Assembly (NCBI GenBank): GCA_009777935.1
Contig: WRKU01000006.1
Location: 7,249-71,248, forward strand
DNA length: 64,000 bases
From: Coriobacteriia bacterium
GTDB taxonomy: Bacteria; Actinomycetota; Coriobacteriia; WRKU01
Reading direction: 5' to 3'
Shown here one piece after another: positions 46,174 to 54,560 of this stretch (positions are counted from its first letter, which is position 1; each line of letters starts with the position of its first letter). The notes beneath the pieces are model-generated. The model did not search any database. It saw only the letters and a program-made list of their open reading frames with translations, and was not told the DNA's origin. Position numbers and translations under genes: made by a program.

Positions 46174-46965
46174 TTAGCACGACGCAGGGAAGCTTTGGCC
46201 CTCGTTTGTGCCGATGGGTGCGCCGGTGCTCGTGTCGATATTCGTGTCGATATTGTCCCAGTTCCATCGGTCGCTCCGATATTTTTCGATGAGCGCAGCA
46301 GGTACGGTCAGGAGCTCATGTTCGAGCACGGCCGCAGCACGCGATGAGGACATCGTCTCGCCAAGTTCTTCGGCAAAACGAGCAAGACTGAGGCCGGGCA
46401 GATAGGGGGCAAGGTTCGTCACGCGCGCCTCGTGCGAGTCAACACCACGCGCCTGTGTGCGCACCTTTGGCTTGAGCGCATCGGCCAGGGCGCTGAGATC
46501 GCTCTCCCACAGAATCGTGCCGTGATGGAGCAGCGTGGTGCCGTAGCGATACTGCGCGTTCCCGCTAAACTTCTTGCCTTCGACGAGCAGATCGTTGCGC
46601 CCTGAGAACTCGGCCGGTACCCCATGCTCGTTGAGGAGCTCGAGAAGGGGACGCGTAAAAAAATCGAAATCGTTGTTGTGATGTGCGCCATCGCGCAAGA
46701 TGACGGTGAAGTTGAGGTTACCGGCATCGTGATAGACGGCGCCGCCGCCGCTCAGACGTCGCACGACGGCGATGTTGTGCTCGTCGACGTAGGCGCGATT
46801 GAGCTGGTTGGCGGTCGCTTGGTTGCGGCCTACTATGATGGCCGGACTATTGCTCCACAACATGAGCACGCTCGGGCTCGTATGTTTTATAAGATGTTCT
46901 TCGCGGGCGAGGTTTAGATAAGGATCGGTAGTATCGGGTGTTAGGAGCAGCAGATCAGAAGGCAT
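46174..46965 (-). CDS. lplA: Lipoate-protein ligase A, catalytic domain only
   Basis: NLAREE, RRLSGGGAVYHD, GRNDL..GKKFSGNAQ, HHGT; no C-terminal domain. Confidence 0.88.
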   Translation of the reverse strand: MPSDLLLLTPDTTDPYLNLAREEHLIKHTSPSVLMLWSNSPAIIVGRNQATANQLNRAYVDEHNIAVVRRLSGGGAVYHDAGNLNFTVILRDGAHHNNDFDFFTRPLLELLNEHGVPAEFSGRNDLLVEGKKFSGNAQYRYGTTLLHHGTILWESDLSALADALKPKVRTQARGVDSHEARVTNLAPYLPGLSLARFAEELGETMSSSRAAAVLEHELLTVPAALIEKYRSDRWNWDNIDTNIDTSTGAPIGTNEGQSFPASC

Positions 46966-47752
46966 GGATAGTCGCCTCTCGCTTCTCGTAGGTCGCCACG
47001 CCCTCAAAACCGCACGCTTGCAGAAGCGCGGCGGCACGGTCGATACCGGCCCCCACGTTTTCAGGCGTATGCGCATCCGAGCCAATCGTCACGATACGGC
47101 CGCCGCGCGCCCGATACCGCCGCAGAATCGCCTCGTTGGGCAGACAGTCGTCAAGTGCCTGGCGCCACCCACTCGTATTGAGCTCGATGCCCCGGCCTCG
47201 CTGCACAATGACGTCAAATATCTCGTCAAATTCGGCGCGATAGTCGCGTTCGTCGAAGTCATAGTCAAGCTCGCGCTTAAAGTAGCGCCATGGATACGTC
47301 AGGTGGCCGAGTACATCGAAATCGTGGTCGCTCACCATCTCGAGGACGAGGCGCAGGTAGGCACGATAGAGCCCACACGGTTCGTGGCTGGCGACGCTCG
47401 ACATACCGATGTCATAGCTAGGATCGAGGTAGTGAATCGAGCCGATGATGAAACCGGGCCGATGAAGCTCGGTGAAGCGCGCTGCTTCGGCCGAGTTGAA
47501 CTGCGGCTGCCCGAACTCCACGCCACGCACGAGAGTGAGCCGTCCGGCAAAGGTCGCACGCGCCGCTTCGAGGGCGGCATAGGCAGCGTCGAAGTCGGTC
47601 TGCCAATCAAACGTGTATCCCGGCAGAAAGTCGAGGTGATCGGTGACGGCGATGGTGTCGATGCCCGCTTCGACGGCTGCCTCACCCATCGCCTCAAGCG
47701 GCGCCATGCTATCAAACGAGGCATTGGTATGTAGGTGAAAGTCGCTCTTCAT
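46955..47752 (-). CDS. PHP-family histidinol-phosphatase (HisJ/HisK-like)
   Basis: DFHLHT, TDH, GSIH, LGHL, IELNTSG, GSDAH. Confidence 0.88.
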   Translation of the reverse strand: MKSDFHLHTNASFDSMAPLEAMGEAAVEAGIDTIAVTDHLDFLPGYTFDWQTDFDAAYAALEAARATFAGRLTLVRGVEFGQPQFNSAEAARFTELHRPGFIIGSIHYLDPSYDIGMSSVASHEPCGLYRAYLRLVLEMVSDHDFDVLGHLTYPWRYFKRELDYDFDERDYRAEFDEIFDVIVQRGRGIELNTSGWRQALDDCLPNEAILRRYRARGGRIVTIGSDAHTPENVGAGIDRAAALLQACGFEGVATYEKREATIHAF

Positions 47753-47861
47753 GTATCTTATTGAACCATATTTTGACCCCTACAGGGGTCATATACTGAC
47801 CCCCACCTCAAAATATTGTGGTATAATCGGTGCAAACGCTTTCACGAAAGGGGCTACTATC

Positions 47862-48071
47862 ATGAAACGATTCTGGGTAATGCTTGCGCTTGTCGCAATG
47901 CTTGTGGGGGCGCTCGCAATCGTTGGATGTGCCAATGACACACCAACCGAAGAAGAGAACGCCGAAGAGATTTCTCAGAGCTCGGTTACTGCCATCATGG
48001 GTAATGGTGACGACGAAGAAGTCGATGAGGAGATCGATTCCGCCGGCGTCAACGACGAAGACACCGAATAA
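47862..48071 (+). CDS. Small acidic lipoprotein
   Basis: MKRF signal peptide with AIVG-C lipobox; TATAAT upstream; terminator downstream. Confidence 0.75.
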   Translation: MKRFWVMLALVAMLVGALAIVGCANDTPTEEENAEEISQSSVTAIMGNGDDEEVDEEIDSAGVNDEDTE

Positions 48072-48097
48072 CCACAACTTTTTATACGTCACACGAG

Positions 48098-48125
48098 AAG
48101 AGGAGCCCCCCGGCTCCTCTTTTTT
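48098..48125. terminator. Intrinsic terminator between the lipoprotein gene and tRNA-Val
   Basis: aagaggagcc-cccc-ggctcctctt followed by a T-tract. Confidence 0.8.
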
Positions 48126-48129
48126 GTCA

Positions 48130-48205
48130 TGGTGCGCGATACAAGACTTGAACTTGTGACCCCTTGCGTGTCGAGCAAGTGCTCTACCAACTGAGCTAAT
48201 CGCGC
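48130..48205 (-). tRNA. tRNA-Val(GAC)
   Basis: GCGCGAT acceptor, CTTGC-TCGACAC-GCAAG anticodon arm, ACCA end. Confidence 0.96.
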
Positions 48206-48285
48206 ACGGTTAGCCAGTGTATCACGAACCCACTCGTTGTGCCAGATGTCGCTGCTTGATGCCGCTGCTCGAACCCGTCGCTACG

Positions 48286-49518
48286 TTACGTTCGTTCTCG
48301 GCGTAGAAGATCGAGAGGCTCTACGGGAAACGGCGTCGTGAGCACGTAGGTGTCGGTGGCGCGATTGGCGCATTCGACCGGCTCATCGTACTCGGTGCGG
48401 ATTTCAGTTATGGAAAGTTCGCGCACGGGTCGACCCGGCGAGAGCACCTCGATGGTATCGCCAACCCCAAAACGGTTGCGCTGCTGCACCGTGACGCGCC
48501 ATGTGGCACCTACTGCCTCACAACTGAGAACGCGCGCGACGAGATCATGTGTCTGCGTGTACTCGACGGCATCGTAGGTTTGGTCCGGTGCGCCGAAGAA
48601 GAACCCGGTGTGGTACGGGCGATGGCTGACGCGCTCCATCTCGGGCAGAAATGCCTGTGGATCGGCGCCGTCGAGCACGTGACGATACGCGTTGACGACC
48701 GTCGCCACATAGTACGCCCCCTTAACACGCCCCTCAATTTTGAGCGAGTCAACGCCAGCTTCGCGCAGGTCATCGAGATGTTCAAGCATCATGAGATCTT
48801 GCGAGCTCATGAGATAGGTGCCCCGAAAGTCTTGCGCAAGGGGAAGCTGTTTGTCCGGTCGCGTTTCCTCAATAAGCGCGTAGTTCCAGCGGCACGGCTG
48901 CGTGCAGTGGCCTTGGTTTGCGTCGCGGTCGTTGAGATACGCGCTGATGAGACATCGTCCCGAATACGCCACGCACATCGCCCCATGTACGAAGACCTCG
49001 AGTTCGAGATCGTGCGCGCCTGCCGCATTGAGATCGGTACGAATCGCCGCGATTTCCTTGAGGGTAAGCTCACGTGCAAGTACGATACGGCGCGCGCCCA
49101 GCTCGTACCACTGAAGCGCTGCGCCTGCATTGGTCACACTTGCCTGTGTGCTGACGTGGATGGCCGGCCGGAACTGAGACGCCGTCGCATGTGGTGCCAC
49201 CTGCAAGACATCGCGTACGATACGTAGCGCTCCGAGGTCGCTGAGAATAATGGCATCAACACCGAGCTTAGTGAGCTGCTCGATGTAGGAGGCGAACGCT
49301 GCCTCATCGCCCGGATGGAGCAGGGCGTTGCAGGTCACAAAGATGCGCTTGCCGGCTTCGTGGGTCAAGGTAGTAGCTTCACGCAGGCCTTCGAGGTCAA
49401 AGTTGTCGGCACGCTGACGCAGGCCGAACCGCTCGCCACCTACGTAAACGGCATCCGCGCCAAAGTGGAGCGCGTATTCAAGCTGCTCGTATCCGCCAGC
49501 CGGCGCTAAAAGCTCCAT
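48286..49518 (-). CDS. U32 family protein (TrhP/YegQ-like tRNA hydroxylation protein)
   Basis: ELLAPAG, HVSTQ, LARE, HGAMCVAYSGRC, CTQPCRW, SLKIEGR. Confidence 0.92.
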   Translation of the reverse strand: MELLAPAGGYEQLEYALHFGADAVYVGGERFGLRQRADNFDLEGLREATTLTHEAGKRIFVTCNALLHPGDEAAFASYIEQLTKLGVDAIILSDLGALRIVRDVLQVAPHATASQFRPAIHVSTQASVTNAGAALQWYELGARRIVLARELTLKEIAAIRTDLNAAGAHDLELEVFVHGAMCVAYSGRCLISAYLNDRDANQGHCTQPCRWNYALIEETRPDKQLPLAQDFRGTYLMSSQDLMMLEHLDDLREAGVDSLKIEGRVKGAYYVATVVNAYRHVLDGADPQAFLPEMERVSHRPYHTGFFFGAPDQTYDAVEYTQTHDLVARVLSCEAVGATWRVTVQQRNRFGVGDTIEVLSPGRPVRELSITEIRTEYDEPVECANRATDTYVLTTPFPVEPLDLLRRERT

Positions 49519-49523
49519 GGGTG

Positions 49524-50630
49524 TTAGGCAGTGTCGAGGAGACGTATCAGTGTCGTGGTGTATTCGGTAGTCGTGGCGGTGCCGCCGAGGTCGGGTGTGA
49601 GTGTACTGCCCTCGACTATCGCGGTTGCGATAGCGCGCTCAATACGAACGGCGGCATCGGTCTCGCCGAGGTGACGCAGCATCATTGCAGCGCTCAAAAT
49701 GAGTGCGGTCGGATTTGCGACACCGAGACCGGCGATGTCGGGTGCGCTGCCATGAACGGCCTCAAAGATGGCCGCATCCTTACCGATGTTGGCGCCGGGC
49801 GCTAGGCCCAGCCCCCCGACGAGTCCCGCGCAAAGATCGCTCACAATGTCGCCGTAGAGGTTCGGCATAACCATCACATCGAACTGTTGCGGATTCAATA
49901 CAAGCTGCATACAGCAGGCATCGACGATGACATCGTTGACTTCGATACCGTGCTCGGCGCATGCGTCGGCGTATTCGTCAGCGACCTCGCGTGCGACGCG
50001 TAAAAACAGCCCGTCGGAGTGTTTCATAATGTTCGCCTTGTGCACCACGGTGACCTTTTTGCGTCCGTTGGCAATCGCATAATCGAACGCGGCTTCGACG
50101 ATACGGCGCGACCCAAACTCGCTGATCGGTTTAATCGACTTGCCGGCGCAGTCACGAATCGTAACGCCGCTCAGCTTCTCGATGCAAGCGCGTAGCTCGG
50201 CAGCTTCGTCGGAATGCGCCTCGAACTCGATGCCGGCGTACAGATCCTCGGTGTTTTCACGAAAGATAACGATGTCCACGGGTTCGGCGGGCGGACACGA
50301 AGGGCATCTGCGCAGCGCTTCAGCACCGAAGCTGCGTATGGGACGCAGGTTCGTGTAGAGGTCGAGTTCTTTGCGCAACGCCACATTAATCGAGCGAAAG
50401 CCGGTGCCGACCGGCGTCGTCGTCGGGCCCTTAATGGCGAGTTTATTCTGTACGATAGCGTCGATGACCTTGGCAGGAAGCGGTTCACCTGCGGTTTCAA
50501 AGACGGCCTCACCGGCATGTTGTACGTCCCAGTCGAACACAATACCTGCGGCCGCAACGACGGCCTGCATCGCCTCGGTGATTTCCGGGCCGATGCCGTC
50601 ACCGGGGATAAGTGTGGCGCGATACGTCAT
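49524..50630 (-). CDS. Isocitrate/homoisocitrate dehydrogenase family protein
   Basis: IPGDGIGPE, RENTEDLY, HKANIMK, NLYGDIVSD, FEAVHGSAPDIAG. Confidence 0.92.
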   Translation of the reverse strand: MTYRATLIPGDGIGPEITEAMQAVVAAAGIVFDWDVQHAGEAVFETAGEPLPAKVIDAIVQNKLAIKGPTTTPVGTGFRSINVALRKELDLYTNLRPIRSFGAEALRRCPSCPPAEPVDIVIFRENTEDLYAGIEFEAHSDEAAELRACIEKLSGVTIRDCAGKSIKPISEFGSRRIVEAAFDYAIANGRKKVTVVHKANIMKHSDGLFLRVAREVADEYADACAEHGIEVNDVIVDACCMQLVLNPQQFDVMVMPNLYGDIVSDLCAGLVGGLGLAPGANIGKDAAIFEAVHGSAPDIAGLGVANPTALILSAAMMLRHLGETDAAVRIERAIATAIVEGSTLTPDLGGTATTTEYTTTLIRLLDTA

Positions 50631-51379
50631 TTTTTCGCCGGCTTTTTCTTGGCGGGAGTCTTCGCGGAGGCCTTGGTGGAAGGCTTTTTCGCGGGGGTCT
50701 TCGGAACCGGAGTCGTCTTCGCGGGAGCTTTTTTCGGCGCTGGCGTGCTTCGTGGCGTGCGACGGCGTGCAGTCATCCTTACGATAGCCATCGCCTTACG
50801 CTTGAGCGGCCCATGCGCATTGGCTGCATCGAACTTAAAGTACGCGTTGACCTCTTTGCGCACGTCATCGTCGATATCTCCGACGATCATTTCCATGAAC
50901 TCGTTGAGCATCGTCACGAACTCGGGGTCGCCGTGATAGCATCGCAACGCGTCGCTGATGAGCGGCCACGCACGTTTCGACCGTGTCGGCGTCGAGGCCC
51001 CGTACATCGTAAGTAAGCGAAATGCGCCGAGACGTACCTCGCCACTGTGCTCATCGTAGAGACACTCTTCGATGCCTTCCCACGCGCGATCGATAACACG
51101 CACGTCGACGTTGGCAATGAGATGCAGGATGGCGAGCGCGTTGTAGCGCGTAAGTGCTTCGGGGCGCGAAAGCGCGTCGATGAGCCGGTCGATGAACTCG
51201 ATGGCCATCTCGACATGCGTATCGGCAATATCGCGCAGCACCTGACTGGCGTACTCACGCGTCAGACGCGAAGAGTCAGCAAGGGCGTTCGCAATCGTGC
51301 GGCGCACCGCTACGTAGCGAATCGCCAGCTCAGTGACCTCATCGATGGGCGCTTCGATATCGATATCGTAGCGTCTCAT
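50627..51379 (-). CDS. Hypothetical alpha-helical (HEAT-like) protein with histone-like PAKK tail
   Basis: ORF coupled between leuD-like and icd-like genes; K/P/A-rich C-terminus. Confidence 0.75.
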   Translation of the reverse strand: MRRYDIDIEAPIDEVTELAIRYVAVRRTIANALADSSRLTREYASQVLRDIADTHVEMAIEFIDRLIDALSRPEALTRYNALAILHLIANVDVRVIDRAWEGIEECLYDEHSGEVRLGAFRLLTMYGASTPTRSKRAWPLISDALRCYHGDPEFVTMLNEFMEMIVGDIDDDVRKEVNAYFKFDAANAHGPLKRKAMAIVRMTARRRTPRSTPAPKKAPAKTTPVPKTPAKKPSTKASAKTPAKKKPAKK

Positions 51380-51928
51380 CTATGCCTCCTCAAGGTTGAA
51401 GCCGCCATGTTTGCGGATGTGGGCGACAAGGCCTCCATCAGCGAGCAGCTGCGCCATCACCGGCGGAAGCGGCGCGAATGTTATCTCGGTGCCTTGGGTC
51501 AGATTATGCACTATGCCGGCCTCAAGATCGACGTCAAGTTCGTCGCCATCGTTGATTTGATCGGTGTCACAGATCACGACGGGCAGTCCAGTATTGATCG
51601 CGTTGCGGTAGAAAATACGCGCAAAACTCTTTGCGAGCACCGCCTTCGTCTGCGAGTGAATGAGCACGAGCGGCGCTTGCTCACGACTCGAGCCCATGCC
51701 AAAGTTCGTACCGGCGACGAGATATCCGCCGCCTGCTTTAGCGAGCTTTTCATGATAGCGTGGGTCGAGGTCCTCCATCGCGTGAACGGCCATCGCCTCC
51801 ATATCAGCGCTCTTGAACTTGTACTTGCCGCTGATGATGTAGTCGGTGTTGATGTCGTCACCGTACTTGAAAGCGGGATACGTCGTGCGACACCCACAGG
51901 TGCAGCCGGTGTTGGGGGCGCAACTCAT
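51380..51928 (-). CDS. LeuD/HacB family (homo)aconitase small subunit
   Basis: DDINTDYII, NFGMGSSREQA, SFARIFYRNAIN.GLP. Confidence 0.92.
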   Translation of the reverse strand: MSCAPNTGCTCGCRTTYPAFKYGDDINTDYIISGKYKFKSADMEAMAVHAMEDLDPRYHEKLAKAGGGYLVAGTNFGMGSSREQAPLVLIHSQTKAVLAKSFARIFYRNAINTGLPVVICDTDQINDGDELDVDLEAGIVHNLTQGTEITFAPLPPVMAQLLADGGLVAHIRKHGGFNLEEA

Positions 51929-53211
51929 ACGATCTCTCCTGCCAGAACGGATTTCGCAACCGTCGCCGGACTTGCGAGGTAGATAAATGCGTTGCTGTTG
52001 CCCATGCGGCCCTTGAAGTTGCGATTCGCGGTGCTGATAACGTTCTCACCGTCGGACGGCACCCCATTGTGAGTGCCCACACACGGACCGCAGCCGGGAG
52101 TCACCAGACACGCGCCGGCCTCGGCGAGCGCCTGGATGTGGCCGGCCTCGATGGCGGCGAGCAGGATGTCTTTGCTGGCAGGTGCGACGATAAGCCGCAC
52201 GCCGGGCGCGAGCGTCGTGCCGCGGACGATGTCGGCGGCGATAGCGAGGTCTTCAAGACGGCCGTTCGTGCAGGTGCCGAGCACCCCCTGTTGAATCGGG
52301 GTACCGACGACATCGGCCAGCGGCACGACGTTGTCAACGGCGTGCGGCTTAGCGACCTGCGGGGTTAGCTCGGTCACGTCTATCTCGATGACGCGCTCGT
52401 AGACGGCGTCGGAGTCGGGGTTCTGCGGATGTGGTGCACGTGGCGCGCGAGATGCGCGTTGTCCGCAATCGGCGCGCACAGCAGCACGTTTGGCAGCATC
52501 CTCAAGCCATGCGAGCGTTTTGTCGTCGGCAGCCATGAGGCCGGCCTTTGCTCCCAACTCGATAGCCATGTTCGATATCGTCATACGCGCATCGATCGAC
52601 AGGTCGTCGATGACCGGACCCGAAAACTCGAGTGCCTGATACGTTGCGCCGTCGGCTCCGAGCATGCCGGCCAGATACAGGATGAGGTCCTTCGCGTACA
52701 CATCCGGCGGCAACGTTCCGGTGAAGACGACTTTAATCGTTTCGGGCACCTTAAACCACAGCTTGCCGGTCGCCATCGCGGCGGCTCCATCGGTCGAGCC
52801 AACACCGGTCGAGAACACGTTAAGTGCGCCATAGGTGCAGGTATGGCTGTCGCAGCCAACCATCAGATCACCGGCGCTCAGGTGTCCTTGCTCGGGGATA
52901 AGCTGATGACAGACGCCGCAACCGACATCGTATACATGGCAGCCGGTCTTCTCGCCGAACGCGCGCATCATCGTATGGAGCGCGCTCACACCTTCGATGG
53001 GGCTGGGGCTGGAGTGGTCCATCACCAACGCCACCTTATCCGGGTCAAAAACGGTCTCGACCCCCATCGCTTCGAGCGCGCGAATAGCGAGCGGCGAGGT
53101 GCCGTCCTGCCCCATCACGAAGTCGATATCGGCGACAACGATGTCACCGGCGCGCGCATCGGTGCCACTATGCGCCGACATAATCTTTTCAGCTATCGTT
53201 TTACCTGCCAT
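51925..53211 (-). CDS. LeuC/HacA family (homo)aconitase large subunit
   Basis: DSHTCTYGA, GTCTNGR, PGCGPCVG, STANRNFKGRMG. Confidence 0.93.
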   Translation of the reverse strand: MAGKTIAEKIMSAHSGTDARAGDIVVADIDFVMGQDGTSPLAIRALEAMGVETVFDPDKVALVMDHSSPSPIEGVSALHTMMRAFGEKTGCHVYDVGCGVCHQLIPEQGHLSAGDLMVGCDSHTCTYGALNVFSTGVGSTDGAAAMATGKLWFKVPETIKVVFTGTLPPDVYAKDLILYLAGMLGADGATYQALEFSGPVIDDLSIDARMTISNMAIELGAKAGLMAADDKTLAWLEDAAKRAAVRADCGQRASRAPRAPHPQNPDSDAVYERVIEIDVTELTPQVAKPHAVDNVVPLADVVGTPIQQGVLGTCTNGRLEDLAIAADIVRGTTLAPGVRLIVAPASKDILLAAIEAGHIQALAEAGACLVTPGCGPCVGTHNGVPSDGENVISTANRNFKGRMGNSNAFIYLASPATVAKSVLAGEIV

Positions 53212-53216
53212 TGCGG

Positions 53217-54500
53217 TTACTCTGCCTTCTCTGCCTTCGCCGCTTTCGTTGAAGCAGCGGCTTTCGTGTCTGTCGGCAGGCCGACGGTAGGATCGACGCC
53301 AGCGGTTACGAGAAACTCATGATATAGCTCGACGAGCTCCTTGTCGAAGAGCGAACGGTTTAGACCGACCGCCTTCGAACGCACCAGTGGCAGCAGGTCG
53401 GCGGCGTGCTCGCGCGTAATGGCGATACCGAACTCGGTCAGCTTCATCTCGATAGTCTTCGAACCACTGTGCTTGCCGACGACGATCTGGCGCTCGAGGC
53501 CGACCTCGTCGGGGCTGAACACTTCGTACGTTTTGGGGTTTTTGATGACGCCATCGGCATGAATGCCCGACTCATGAGCAAACATGTTCGAGCCGACGAT
53601 TGGTTTCCATGCAGAGACGGTGCGGCCGGCCGCCTGCATGACGTAATCGGCGACCTCACGAAAGCGCTTCGTATCGATATCGAGATCGACGCCCTCAAGG
53701 TACTTGAGCGCCATGACGACCTCTTCGAGCGCAGCGTTACCGGCTCGCTCGCCCAGACCACCGACGGTGACGTTTATCCAGGTCGCGCCGGCATGGAGAC
53801 CGGCGAGCGCGTTGGCCACGGCCATGCCGAAATCATTGTGCGTGTGCATCTCGACCTCAAGACCGGTCTCCTCGATGAGGTGCTTGACGATCGAGTAGCA
53901 GCGAAACGGCTCCATGATACCGATAGTGTCACAAAAACGAAGGCGATCGGCGCCCTCGGCTTTGGCGGCGGCGGCGAACTCAAGCAGAAAGCCGAGCTCG
54001 GTACGAGAGGCGTCCTCGGCGTTAACCGAGACATACACGTTGTGCTCCTTAGCGAAGGCAACGGCCTTGCGAATCGAGTCGAGCACCCACGCACGATCCT
54101 TGCGCAGCTTCGTCTCGATGTGAATGTCGGAGGTCGCCAGCGAGATAGCAATAGCATCGACACCGCAGCCCAGCGAGGTCTTGATGTCGTCGAGCGAGGC
54201 GCGATTCCATGCCAAAATGCTCGCGTTGAGCCCGAGGTGCGCAATCTCCTCGATAACCTCGCACTCGTCGCCGCCCATCGTAGGAATGCCGGCCTCGATC
54301 TGGTCGACGCCGATTTCATCGAGCATACGTGCAATGTTGACCTTTTCCTCGTTAGAAAAGACAACGCCTGCCGTTTGCTCGCCATCACGCAGCGTCGTGT
54401 CGTCGAGCTTGATAGGGAGGTCGCCCATTTTCGAGGCAACGGGTAGCTCCCATACCATCTGACCTGCGGCATTCTCAGGTATGTTGTGAAGGTCCTTCAT
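53217..54500 (-). CDS. Homocitrate synthase (NifV/AksA-like; possibly acts as Re-citrate synthase)
   Basis: DTTLRDGEQ, HTHNDFGMA, GERAGNA, HESGIH, GKHSG; no LeuA regulatory domain. Confidence 0.88.
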   Translation of the reverse strand: MKDLHNIPENAAGQMVWELPVASKMGDLPIKLDDTTLRDGEQTAGVVFSNEEKVNIARMLDEIGVDQIEAGIPTMGGDECEVIEEIAHLGLNASILAWNRASLDDIKTSLGCGVDAIAISLATSDIHIETKLRKDRAWVLDSIRKAVAFAKEHNVYVSVNAEDASRTELGFLLEFAAAAKAEGADRLRFCDTIGIMEPFRCYSIVKHLIEETGLEVEMHTHNDFGMAVANALAGLHAGATWINVTVGGLGERAGNAALEEVVMALKYLEGVDLDIDTKRFREVADYVMQAAGRTVSAWKPIVGSNMFAHESGIHADGVIKNPKTYEVFSPDEVGLERQIVVGKHSGSKTIEMKLTEFGIAITREHAADLLPLVRSKAVGLNRSLFDKELVELYHEFLVTAGVDPTVGLPTDTKAAASTKAAKAEKAE

Positions 54501-54560
54501 AGGTGCTCCTTGTATTGTGGTAATTCTTTATTTTACCACAATGAGCCAAGGTAGTCGTTG

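Noticed and set aside
53217-54500. Nitrogen fixation (nifV)
   Set aside because: No nif genes in the window; the context is a chain-elongation operon
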